64,000 bases of DNA, from NCBI GenBank assembly GCA_016748015.1, contig JAAOMT010000664.1, positions 504,715 to 568,714 on the forward strand. The letters run 5' to 3'. Position 1 is the stretch's first letter; the number at the start of each line of letters is the position of its first letter. The notes beneath the pieces were generated by a model. The model was not told the DNA's origin. It searched no databases and saw only the letters and a list, made by a program, of their open reading frames with translations. This DNA comes from Geosiphon pyriformis uo1 (taxonomy: Eukaryota; Fungi; Glomeromycota). Of the stretch, positions 1 to 12,303 are shown in pieces. A program made the translations under genes and the position numbers.

Positions 1-823
1 AAATCCCAAGTGGTTTGTCTCTGTTTTTTCTGATTCTGCCACTGTTTCAGATGGTTGTTGCTGGTGCTAGTTTTTTGTTAAATTAAACCTTACAGGGAAC
101 ACCAAATGTTACAGATGATTATTTAGGGTCTCAATTCAACAAATTTATAACTTGATGCTAATTCACTTTGATAATATTGGTGATATCCATAAGTTGTTTG
201 TATCTGAAGGTTTTGGTTAAGTTTTTTGTATAATGAACAAAAATTCAATGGTTGTTTTGTTAATAGCTTCCTGGAATTACAATTCCATCAAATTTTTTTC
301 TTAGTGTAATGGCTAGTAATCCTCTTGATAAGCTATTCTTAATTGAGTGTTCTACTCTTATTTCCAGGTCTTTTACCAGTCATTTTGATGTTAATAACTC
401 CATGTATTAATTCTTTAATTAGTTAGTAATGACAAAAAATACAAAACAAAAGAAAATAAAGAAAATAAAGAAATAAAGTAATTTAAACTAAAGTAAGTAA
501 GTTAGTATCTCATCAATAGCCATGATCAAGAGCTATTGTTTCAGTGTGATTAAGTATAGGTTACTATCAACATGAAATGTTGATAGTAGAGAATAAATTA
601 AGATAGTAAATAGTTATTTATTGATATTTGTAATTTGGAAGATTGTTTAGATAAAATCTAAACTGCAAAGTCTGTTTTTTCTACTTCTAACACTATTGCT
701 ATATATACATAATTGAGATTTTTCAATTTCTTTAAGAGGAATTTTGGAATTCCATATTTACTATGGTTACTTTTAATTGGCTAATTTATATGCTAATATA
801 CTTCCTATATTCTAAGAGTAACA
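1..823 (-). mobile_element. Ty3/Gypsy family-A element G: 5' LTR (107-823), PBS and start of gag; continues beyond the left edge
   Basis: LTR reads TGTTAC...GTAACA. On the - strand it is followed by TT-TGGTGTTCCCTGTAAGG (PBS, ~88-104) and GTG GCA GAA TCA GAA (42->), the same gag start as elements A1 and E. Confidence 0.9.
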
Positions 824-1540
824 CTACCCATCTAGCAAATCTTTAATAACTAATAATAGTTTTTCAAATACTACCAATAACAGCACCAGAAGCCAAAGAA
901 AATAATTCAGTTTTTATTTAATTAGTCTAGTTTTTAAAAACAAGTAATCCAATAAAAAATGATTGTTTTGCTTTAAAAACTAACAAAAATCTGCCAAAAG
1001 GCACCATATTTGACAACACAATCAGTGGTTGATCTTGGCTTATCTTAAATAACATGCTGAATAATACAGTAGAGATCTTATCTAAGATTTCAGTAGGAAC
1101 CACAAAGAGATTTAATGTAATAATAACAGAGACAAGTAACTGTCTTCATTTTTTTGAATCTTTGGTTTTTTTGACCATTTTGTTTAAAAAAATAATACTA
1201 ACAGCACTAAGTGTAAAAGCTATGGTAAAAAAAACCAGCTTATTAACTGGTTTGTTATTAAAAACTTTTGGGCTCTTGAAAAGAATAGAAACAATACTGG
1301 AATTAACCCAAGTGTGTCTTTTTAAGAGAACTTTGACAGACAAAAAACCAGCCAAAAATGAAAAAAATGCTTTAGTGGCCATTAAAGACAGCTTTTCACT
1401 ATTAATATTCAAAAAAAATGTAGCCAAAATATTATGTTTAGTCACTTTAATAACAGAGAAACTTTCTTGTATTGAAACTTTATTAGTTACTATAAAAAAA
1501 TAATGAATACAGCTTTTTTATTCTTTACTTTAGTCATGAT
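824..1540 (-). pseudogene. Degenerate coding remnant, possibly the ORF1-like 5' part of another repeat (e.g. a non-LTR retrotransposon), interrupted by element G
   Basis: ORF 1146-1445 and in-frame flanks with scattered stops; less AT-rich than its neighbours; ends exactly at the LTR boundary. No diagnostic motif is visible, so the identity is inference. Confidence 0.3.
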
Positions 1541-2928
1541 TATAAAGTTAAGAAGACAAAAAGCTTTTTTTTTTATATTATTACATAATACTTATGTTTT
1601 TTTAATAGTTTTAGATTGGTTTTTTTATTTGAATAACAATAAAATGTTTTTTATATAACTTTAAAAAAAATTTTTTTTAAATTCTAATTAAGTAGTTTAG
1701 AATTACTGTTATAAACAGTTAAAATATAACCAAATTTTTTATACTTGGCATATTTAAAAGAAAATAAACTAGTTCAAACTAAATTAATGTTTCTAAAAAC
1801 AAGAATTAAATAAATAATAATATCTTTAACAATAGTAGACTTAAAATACATAACAATATAGCATACTTATATATAGAAAACAGAATTGTAAAAAATAAAG
1901 CACATTTTTTTATTATAAAACTAGATTAAGCTTAAAAAATTATAAACAGTTGTGCTTATTAATAGAGAATATAATAACAGTTTTTCAGATCTTATATATA
2001 TTTATTAGTATTGGCTTTAATAATTCATACCAAATTCTTTTTTAATAAGATTAACTATTTGGTTACAATTAGACTAGTGATTTTAAAATTCTTAAACTTA
2101 ACCAAAGTTTTTTGTTAAAAATTAATAAGCTGTATTTTAATAGAAACAATTTTGTCAAATTTAAATAATATTGATTTAATTGTTAATTTAAAAAAATTTA
2201 TTGGAATTTTTTTAATTATTATTTTCTAATTTGATCTAATATTGATTTTTTTGATTGACATTAATTAAAATTTTCTCTTTTATAACTAGCTGCTTAATAA
2301 CTTTAAGACTAAATTTAGATATAAACAATATTTTAATAACATCTTAAAATTTTAAAAAAATTAATACTTTCTTAAAACTATTAATATTATAGAAAAGTTT
2401 TTTTATAAACTTGAGTTTGTTATTTAAAATTTTGTTAAATATGGCCAAGAAATTAACATTTAACATATATATAACTTTACTGAATTAAAGCTTTTTTTTC
2501 TTGATATAAGTATTTGAATATAGAATAAATTTAGCCAACAGAAGAAAAAAGATCTATAATATTTACTATTATCTTTAAAACCAAAATTATATAATCTAAA
2601 AAAAAAGATTACCACTTTATTAAAATTAAATTGCTTTATTTTTAGAGTATTGATGTAAAAATTCAAAAACTTATTACTTTTACTCTTAATATTATAATTA
2701 ATATTATATATAACTAAGTTTTTTATTATATTATTAAAAAAATATTCATATTTTTAAACTAATTAACATTATATAAAGATAATTTAAACTTTAAATCTGT
2801 TTTATTATTTAAGTATTTTACCTTACCAATTAACACTTTAAATTTCTATACCAAATTTCTACTTACTAAATTTAAGACAATACTTTTAGCTAATTTTTTT
2901 TTAGATATTATACTATTAATAATAACTG

Positions 2929-5502
2929 TAAGATTCTAATTAAACCAAACCAATTTTTCAAAATAGGTTTAATTTAAGTTTGGCATTGAATTTTTTTAAC
3001 AAGTTTAAGTTCAGTTTAAATCTGATTCAAAATTTATGAATTTGTTCAAGTTTGATGAAATTAAAAAAATATATAACTTGTACTACTTGTTTATTAATTA
3101 TTATTTTGTTTAATTATTATAATCAATTAAAGAAATATATAAAACTATGCATATATAACAACTTTACTTTTCAACTTACCAAAATAAATTTATTGTTGGC
3201 ATTATCCAATATTATTGAAGATTCAAAATTCGAAATAATAGAATTTAATAACCCAAATAATTTAAATATTGATATATTTGGTAAACATAATTTTCAAAAT
3301 AAAATATAAGACTATTTTAATAAATTTGAATAGATAAAAAAAAAACAGCTAAATGTACAGTCTTAAAATATGTGTATAAACCATTTTTTTATAGAACTAC
3401 AAGCACTACCAAATTTTTATAGTACTATTTAGAGACTTCCTACCAAACAGTATATGTTATAACAAAAAATATCATAAAAAAAGACAAAATATCTAAAAAG
3501 ATTATAAGTTAATTAAAAAAATGATTTAACAAATAAAATTGTTATTTTTTTTATAATTTTTGGCCAATCTAACTAAAAAATTGCTTTAGTTTTTTGTAGT
3601 AACTGCTATTAACATTAATAATAAAAAACTTCATAATATGATTACTATTTGGCTTATCAATTGTTAATAACCACTTTTTATAGTAAAAAATCTTAAATTA
3701 ATCAAAATATTTTAATATTTGAACTTTATTTCTTAATCTGTTTGTGTTGATACAATTAAGAATAAAATCATAGAACTTTATGTCTTAAGTAAACAAAAAT
3801 TAAGAATAAGTATTATCTTTATTATAAAATATATATTTTTTTACTTATATTTATAACATAATAGGCATACTTAGATATTATTAAGTTCAAAATTTTTTTT
3901 ACATCAAATTTTTAGAGATATTTTAATAACAAAGTCTTTGTTTCTATTATCACTAATTATATTAATAATAATTGAAACTTTTAATAAACAATAATTGATT
4001 TTGGATTAATAAGTAGATAACATAATAAAATAGATATTGCAAATATATTTTTTAAAGTATTAAAAGATTATAAAATTACATTAAAAGTATGTACATATAT
4101 TTTTGCATAAATTTAAGTCAGTTAATAACCAATAATGAAATTGATATATTATATAGCATATTAGTATTATTTAAGACTCAGAGTTATTATAGTGCTTATA
4201 TTATTAAAAATTGTATTTTCTCAATATTGGCTTAAATTGGTTTTTATTATTGTTTCAAAGCTGAATTTTTGGTATTAGCATCATCAAAAACTTAGAGTTA
4301 TTATAGTGTTTATATTATCAAAAACTGCATTTTTTTAATATTAGCTTAAATAGTTTTTATTATAGTTTTAAGCTGAATTTTCAGCCAAAAAATTAAGAAA
4401 GAAATTTAAAAAAAAGTTATATTCACTTTTTTTTTATACAAGTTTATCATTAATTTTATTAGTTATAATCTAATTTTTTTTTAACAGTTTCTTATTATTA
4501 ATCTTAATAATACTGCAAATAATAGTACTTTTGTAAAAAAGTTAGCAAAAAAATTAAAAAAAAAAAACATTCAATAAAACTTGAAGAATCTTTAATTTTA
4601 ATGCTTTAATTATATTCTAAACTTGACAGTATAAACAGCCCTAAATAAAATAAAGAATAATGTTTTTAAGATATTTGTTAAAAACCCAAACCAAATATAT
4701 TTATTTAAAATTTTTCTAATGTAAACTTTATATAAATTAAAGATTAAAAAACTTAACTCTGTAATTTATATCTTGCCCTAATGTTTTGAGCTTCTTAAAT
4801 ACTGTTTGTAATATATGTTAAATTAAATACTGTAAACTTATTCTGAATTGTTCTACCTGATGGAATTTTATTTATAAATAAGTTATCTCTTAAATTAGCA
4901 AGTTGTTTATTTTTAATTCTGTATATTTAAATACAAAAATTTTAACTATAAATTTATAGGCATTAAACACTCTTACTAGCACTTATATTGACTTCTATTA
5001 ATATGTCATTTCACATAATTAGTAGACTGTCTTTGATAAAATTGCTAAATTTTTTGAACTATTTAAGAATATTATAGTCAAAATATCAATTAATTTAAAT
5101 AATACTGTCTCTTTGATTATTCCTTTTTTTAATATCATTTTTAATCACGTTAAAAACATGGTTAATAATAATGAATTTAATAAAACATTATAATCTTAAT
5201 TGTATTTATTTAGTAATTTATTTAACATATTTAATATTAGATCTATTATTTGTCATGATGACTAAGGCAGTAAGAAAAAAGTTGATTGAATATTACTCTA
5301 AAACAAATACAACTGTAATGTTTTGTACTGCATTGGATCCAAAGAGAAAATTTTATTATTTTATAAAAAAAAATTTTCAAATAATAATATTAATAAAATA
5401 AAAAAATTATAAATTATTAATTTGTTTAAACAGTTTTATTTTCCAACTCTTACACAATAAATAAATCTTTAGAATATGTACTTTTTTTAAAATAGAGTAC
5501 AT
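2929..5502 (+). mobile_element. hAT-superfamily DNA transposon relic (5' part), transposase pseudogene with probable introns
   Basis: Decayed hAT motifs in order: BED-finger-like region (~3300-3440), (D/N)N.ANN (~4505), CFNYILNLTV (~4602), CST*WN (TRWN motif, ~4848), FCTALDPKRK (5320-5350). The left end is approximate, based on a decayed aaccgaaccg-like subterminal sequence. Confidence 0.75.
4176..4382 (+). repeat. Imperfect direct tandem duplication, period about 113 bp
   Basis: agagttattatagtg(c/t)ttatattat...aagctgaattt occurs at ~4180-4270 and again at ~4294-4381. Confidence 0.8.
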
Positions 5503-6324
5503 TATTATAGATGATTATTTGGGGTGTCAAGTCAAATAACAAATCTGTAACTTGGTGCTGGGTTGGTATTCTGGTGTCAATATCTGAAGGTTTTGTTGTG
5601 GAGTATTTTGTATAATAGACAGAGATTTAAGTGTTGTCTTTCCCATAGCCTCTTGGAATTGCAATTCTGTCGAATTTTTTTCTCAGCATAGTGGCTGGTA
5701 ATCTTGGCAGAGATGCCCTTCTGGTAAGCTATTCTTAAATTCTCAATTCCTATACCCTTCCTTTGGAGTCTTTTACCAGGCTATCCTTGATGTCAATAAC
5801 TCAGCACTTAATTTTTAATCAGTTTAGTAAAACCAATGAAATGACAAAACAAAGAAAATAAAAGAAAAAATAAAGAAATAAATGAAAGCAATTGCAAATT
5901 AGTATCTCATCAATAGCCATGATCAAGAGCTATTGTTCTCATGTGATTAAGTATCACTTACTATCAACATGAAGTGTTGATAGTGAAGAGTGGATTAAGA
6001 TGATGAATAATTATTTATTGATATTTGTGAATAGAAGATTGCTTAGATCAAATCTAAACTAAGAGGTCTGTTTTTTCTACTTCTAATACTACTGCTATAT
6101 ATACATAATTTGGGTTCTACAAAATCACTCACATTCCCAAGTGATGTGCTATAATTTTTTAAGCAATGTGCCATATTTTCTTGATATCGCTCCACATTGC
6201 TGAGCAATGTGCTATACTTTCTGACATTGCTCCACATTGCTGAGCAATGTGCTCATGTGCTAACTACTATTCTTCTATTGGTCTCCTATTTTCCTATATC
6301 TGTTTTTTTTTTCTATGAGTAATA
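5503..6324 (-). repeat. A1 3' LTR (822 bp)
   Basis: Direct repeat of 20667-21527, one 39-bp unit shorter; flanked by the PPT AAAAAAGAGGAGATAA on the - strand. Confidence 0.95.
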
Positions 6325-6339
6325 TTATCTCCTCTTTTT

Positions 6340-6974
6340 TAATATTAAGCTCTGTCGAAATCTTTGTTTTGAATTAATTCTAATACTTCTTTTTCAAGTA
6401 TTGTTTGTTTGACTTTGTTTCTTATGTCTTCCACTTGTGTATTGTTCATTCTTCCCCATTGGTTAATGATTATGGTTTCCATGTTAGAGTGTAATAGTAT
6501 TTCTGAATAGTTTTAAAATATGTTGTGTAGTCGGTACATTGTTCTAACATGTAGTGTTGAATTTATTTTCTTTCTGGTAAATTCTTCAATTTGTTGTATT
6601 ATGTCTTGGTTGAATATTCTCTTGAATTTGTTGATATACAACTCCTGAATATTCAACTTCCGACCTAACTAGTAATAACAGTATGATATTGGAAGTTGTT
6701 CTGTCCATTGCTTCCAATTCTCTTTTGTAAGTTTTTCTGTTAGTGCTATAATAGGTATTTTCTCAAACATGTTCTTTACTTTTTTTATTATGTTATTTGA
6801 CCAGTTTTTATTATTCTTTGGTATCTGCTAATATGATGTGTTCTTTGTCTTTCTTTTAGTGTTTTGATAGCAAATTGTTTAGTTGTTAATGATAATTTCT
6901 ATGTTTAACTGTTGTTGACTTAAGGCCTGGAATAGTTGTTAAGCTATAGTGTGAATATGACCTGGTATTTTCAT
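6340..6974 (-). pseudogene. A1 ORF3 (unknown ~210-aa domain downstream of integrase)
   Basis: MKIPGHIHTIA*QLFQALSQQQLNIEI... runs to the PPT; homologous to ORF3 in C, D, B1 and B2. Confidence 0.65.
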
Positions 6975-7034
6975 TTTCTTGATTGCTTTTGTCATGTATA
7001 CTGTGTCTTTATATACTCTTTGATTGTTTGATTT

Positions 7035-8399
7035 TACATGTTTGGTTCAATAACTATAATTGGTTCCTAATCTCATAGAATCTCATCTGGTTGAACTAGT
7101 ATTCTTTGTACTCCTAGTTGTGGAATATTATTGGTAAATGATGATGCTATCTGATGATATTGTTTTAGTTAATCACCATGTGCTGCTTTGGCTAAGATTT
7201 TGTTGTCCCATCTTAATTTGTAAGCTCTATTTCCAAGAATTTCTTTAATGTGAAATAGTCTATCCCATTTGGAATCAAGTTTTCCACTCCATTCTTTTTC
7301 TACTTTAGTATAATGTAGAAGTACTTTGTCTCTAATCTTGAATTCAACTGGTTTGTCTAATAATTGATTATCGTGTTTCTCTTTTTGTTTCTTTTGTGAC
7401 TTTTGTATATTGTCAGCTGTTTTTTGTCGTCTGTTTTCTAATGTTTTTATTAAGTCATATGTTCTTCTCAACAATGTTTCTTGAAAATTATCTTCTGTTA
7501 TTGGTTCAGTTGGATATGTATTGACCTTTATCTCAACTGGTAATGTTGCTGTTTTACTGTATACTAATTCAAATGGTGTTGCTTATGTGGTATCTTGCTT
7601 TATTGTCTGATAAGCAAATAATACTAATGGTATGAACAAATCCCATTCGTCTTGGTTTTCTTGACTGATTTTGGTAATTGCTTTACACAATGTTCTATTG
7701 AATCTTTTAACTAGTTCATTGGTTTGTGGATAATATGGCGATGATAATGGTCTTTTAATTCTAAATTTTTGACTTAATTTTGCCAGTGTTCTGTTCACAA
7801 AGTGAGTTCCTTGATCTAATAATAGTTTTTTTGGACATCCATATTGACAAATCAAATCTTGATAAACGAATTTGGCAATGGATTTTGTATCTGCTCTTTG
7901 AATGGCTTTTGCTTCTGGCCATTTGGTGAGATAGTCCATGGCTACTGTGATATATCTGTTGTCTCTGCTGGTGATTGTTAATGGTCTGACTAAGTCAATT
8001 CCAATGCAATCAAATAGTTGTCCCATTTTGATTGGTCTTAATAGTTTACTTTCCTCTTCTTTGACAAGCATCACAATTTTGCACGTATTGAATGATGTCT
8101 GGATATATTGCTGGCCAATAGTATTTTTTTCTGGTTCTTTCCATGGTTGCTTCTTTGTAAAAATGCTCTGCTGTTAGGTCTGAATACATATTGAATAATA
8201 TTGTCTCTTTCTCTGGTTCTGTGATTACTCTGGTTGGTTGATCTGGATTTCTCTTGTTTTTCCAGTAAAGTATATTTTGATGGTTGATAAAATATTTGAA
8301 TTGTTGTTTTATGTCTCTTTGTTCTTTTTGAGATAATTTCTTCTTGAACAATTGAGTTTTTATATAATGTTGTAGTTGTTGGTATTTTTGTATATTCAT
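7035..8399 (-). pseudogene. A1 integrase (ATG-initiated ORF; HHCC, DDE, GPF/Y-type C-terminus)
   Basis: ORF fragments 8046-8399 (H..YYWP..CDAC), 7583-8074 (IGIDLV, DQGTHF, PQTN.LV.RFN) and 7169-7474. Confidence 0.93.
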
Positions 8400-8429
8400 C
8401 TTTTGTTATATTTTTGGGTTGGAATGTTT

Positions 8430-11400
8430 TTAGATTTGTCTTATTTGTAACAATCTGTCAGTATTTCCATTATTTTTTCCCTTTTTATAATGTACTGTAT
8501 AGTTAAATGGCAAAAGTTCTATTTTCCATCTGGCATGGCAATTATCTGCAAATTTTTGTTTCTGAATTGAAGTCAGTTCCTTGTGATCCATGTATATTTT
8601 AAACTTTTGGCTTAAGTATTTTCTCCATTTCATAACTGTCCAATAGATTGCTAAGTGTTCCAGTGCTGGAGTTCCATAGTTCTTTTCAGCTGGACTTAAG
8701 CTTCTACTGGCATAAGCTACTGGATGTTCTCTTTTATCTGGTTCTTTTTGCAATAGTACTGCTCTCAATGCTTGATCTGATACATTTGTAGTGATGATAA
8801 ATAGTTTGCTGTGGTCTGGATACATCAACATTGGAGTTTGAATAAGCTTTCTTCTCAATATGTCAAATGTTTTTTGTTGAGCTTCAGTCCATTTATACTT
8901 TACATTCTTAGTTTGTAGCTAGTGAAGTGGCTGAGCTAGTTTGGAAAAATCTTTGATGAAGTGGCAATAATAGTCTGCAAATCCCAAAAATGCTCTTAGT
9001 TCTGGTAAGTTTGTTGGTACTGGAAAGTTCTTTACTATTGCAATCTTATCTGAATTTGTTTTAATACCATCTTTGCTTACAACATGTTCCAAAAACTTGA
9101 GTTCAGTTTTTCCAAAGAAACACTTTGTTGTATTTAGTTTCAATCCAGCTCTTCTTAGTCTTTCAAACATCTACTGGAAGTGATACAGATGATCATCAAA
9201 TGTTTTTGAGAATACATTGGTGTCATCTAAGTATATGACTACTGATTTCCATAGTAGTTCAGTATATACAATTTTTATGAGCCATTGGAATGTTGCTGAA
9301 GCGTTCATCAAACCAAATGGCATGACTTTAAATTCGAAATTCTTTTCTCTTGTTGTAAATGCAGTCTTTTCTTTATTGGCTGAATCCATGGCTACTTGCC
9401 AGTAGCCACTATCTAGATCCAGTGTCGAGAACCATTTGTTTTCTTCAAAAGTATCGAATAGTTCTTGGATCTTTGAAGTTGGGTAGCTGTCTTTTTTGGT
9501 TACTCCATTCAATTTCCGATAATCTACACAAAAGCAAATTTTTCCATTTTTCTTCTGGACTAGTACCACTGGTGATGACCATGGACTCATTGATGGCTGA
9601 ATTAGCCCATTGTCAAGCATCCAATTGATTTCTTGACAAATGATTTCATGGCTAACTGGTGGTACTCTGTATGCTCTTTGTTTAATTGGCATTGTATCTC
9701 CAGTTTTGATCTGATGTTGGATGATGTTGGTGCAGCCAAATTCATTTTCACTAGCAAAGATGTCATTGAAGTTGCTGAGTAACATCTTTAGTTACATCTG
9801 TTGGAGTGGGTTTAGATTTTCCATATTTATTTGTTCCAATTGTTCTGGTTGGAGCAGATAGCATTCACTTTATCCGTAGATGGTTTGTGATGTGATGTTC
9901 ACATATTCACACAGTTGTGGAAAATCTGGAATGTGGTTTGGTGGTTGATCCTCAATTTTAGTGGTTAAATATCCAATGATGGTTCCCTTTGGTATTTCAA
10001 TGACATTTCCAGTTGTGTTGTGGATGGGAATTTTAATATTTTTGGGACTATTGGCTAAGATAATTTCTCCTTTGTCAACAATTTTTTCCTCTGTCATATT
10101 GACTGATATATCTATTCTACCCATTGATCCAAATCCCTGTATCCCTCTAGCTGTAATCTCTAATTTCTCTCTGTTTCCCACTGACACTAATTGAGTTATT
10201 TTCACCAGAGATAGAAATATTGCCTATGCTATCTTTTCATTTAAATCTATGGTATATGCCTTTTTTGAATCATTTTGTAGCATAGCAATAATATTTCCTA
10301 TGTATTCTGTGTCAATTATTCCTCTTCTAATGTTAATTCACTTTTTTGCTAAACTACTCTTGGATGCTAGTTGAACCATTGTTGTTGCTGGAATTTCCAG
10401 TGCTATTTTCAGATTGATGCAAGTGTGCGAATGTGGTTTTAATTTGATGGAATTTTTCTCTGGATATTTCAGATCAAACCCTGCATTGGTATCATGCATG
10501 CATTCTGGCATAATATCTTCATCATTATCACTAAACTATTTTAGTTCCTGCTTCTTGGTGAAGTCAGGGAGCACAATATATTGTTCGTAGTTTGAATCGG
10601 AGTTTGAATCTGAGTTGGAATTATTGTCATTATTATTGCCATTTTGAATGAAGCTGGAACTGTTATTTTTGTCATCATCATTGTCGAAGTCTGAATCAAA
10701 ATTGGAAACTGATTCTGATTCCAATGCACAGCTGCTGATTGGTTTTTTTTCCTCTGGGATTGTGTAGATTATGCATGATAGTGAATTGTAAATAAGGTCA
10801 CACTCATTACAATATTGGAAGTCACAGAGAATTAAACAATGGTCACATAGTTGAGTATTGATTTCTTCCAACCATTGCTCTTGTTCCTCTCTAGTGGGTG
10901 CTAATTCCTGGTAATGTTCATGGAATTGTTCTGAATCTAGTAAATTTATAACTGGTTCTGGGTTTCAGTTAAGTTCTATGGGTTTAAGTGGGTTGTTTTT
11001 GATTGTTTTTATTTCTTCTGAGGTCGCTCCTTTGATTTTGGCGAGTGCTATTCACCAGATTTCATCATTATCATGTGGACATCCGTCCAAACGTTTGACA
11101 GCTCATCTTCAGGCGGCATCTATGGGCATTTCTTTTCTTACCCAGTCACTTATAAGAATCATGTATTGACATGATTTGTTGCACATTCCTCCTCGCCCAG
11201 GAATGTTGTTCCACATTCCTTTATCCAGAAGAGTTTCACCACAAGCCAAACATAATTCATTGTTCCATTTCCTTTTTCATTTTGGATGTCCAAAGCATTC
11301 TATGATGCACACACGACAATAGAATTTGGTTACTATTAAGTATTCTTTATTATCGCCACAACATATGCCCATTGACGACAATTTCTTGCCACAATCAACA

Positions 11401-12299
11401 CATATGAGTTTTGGGTAATGATAGCTTGATTGTGGTGTTGTGTATATATATGTAGAGTGAATAGAGGTTGGTATGGAATTTTCTTCTTTCTCTTTCCCTT
11501 TTCCTTTTATTTTATCCTCTTCCCATTTCCAGGTTGTTAATAATTCATCCTAATCATTATGGGTTTCCCAGTTTTGGTCAGTGTTCTAGGTAAGTTCTTT
11601 TCTTTTTTTTTCTTTCCTATTATTGTCATCCCATGAAGATACTGGCAGCAGCTCATTGTGTTTTTTGCTGGCTTAAGACACTTGATAAGCTTCCTAGGTA
11701 GGTTTTTTTTTTCTTCTTCAAACTTTATGAGTGGTGCTGTTGAGTTGGTGGTCATGAAATGACCACATGTGACTGGTATATGTGTATGTCGTCTGTTCTG
11801 GCTGATTTGAAGCTCTTGCATATTCTAATCAAGCGATGCATTGATTTTAGATAGCCAATCATTACCAATGAGTGCTTGGTATTGGGTGGCTTCCATAATT
11901 AATACTTTGATTGGTATGATAATGCTGTTGACTTCTATAAGAAAGTCATCAATCTCACCAATGAGATTTTTGGTTGCTCCATTAGCAGTTATAATTTTGG
12001 CGCTGGCAGTGCGATCAATTTGGCAATCTAATTGGTCCATGAGTTGCTTTGTAATAATGCTGCCAGCTGATCTATTATCTAGAATCAGTTTGATGAAGTG
12101 GCCATCAACTTTGGCATCAGTGTACATAGTGATGATTGGTTTGGTGTCTAGAATGGCTCCACTAAATAATGGGACTGGTGTAGTTTCTTTAAATTTGAAT
12201 GAAAAAATTGCTGCTAGTAATTCATTGTTGGTGATGGTGGCTAAAGATATGTTGTTGGTGAGTGATTGTTTTTGGTTAGTTTCTGGATTATTGGGTGGG
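8430..12299 (-). pseudogene. A1 pol: protease, Cys-rich domain, dUTPase, dUTPase-like domain, RT, RNase H
   Basis: LILDNRSAGSII (PR); CxxC clusters ~10790-11420; AGFDL...ASRSSLA...KIA...RGIQGFGS (dUTPase, ~10110-10500); SPWSSP/DYRKLN/YLDD (RT); EHPVAYASR (RH). Confidence 0.93.
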
Positions 12300-12303
12300 G
12301 CAT

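Noticed and set aside
1054-1503. Antisense ORFs over TE coding regions (also 11841-12386, 14416-14715, 53893-54312 and others)
   Set aside because: They are shadow frames of A-rich coding strands with no motifs and are not conserved as ORFs between copies.
1560-2928. Short ORFs and possible TE remnant in very AT-rich DNA (likewise 23850-24720)
   Set aside because: Too decayed to assign; the ORFs are low-complexity F/L/I/K/N products.
9960-10080. About 50-codon in-frame deletion in A1's second dUTPase-like domain relative to C, D and E
   Set aside because: Seen in one copy only; most simply post-insertion decay.
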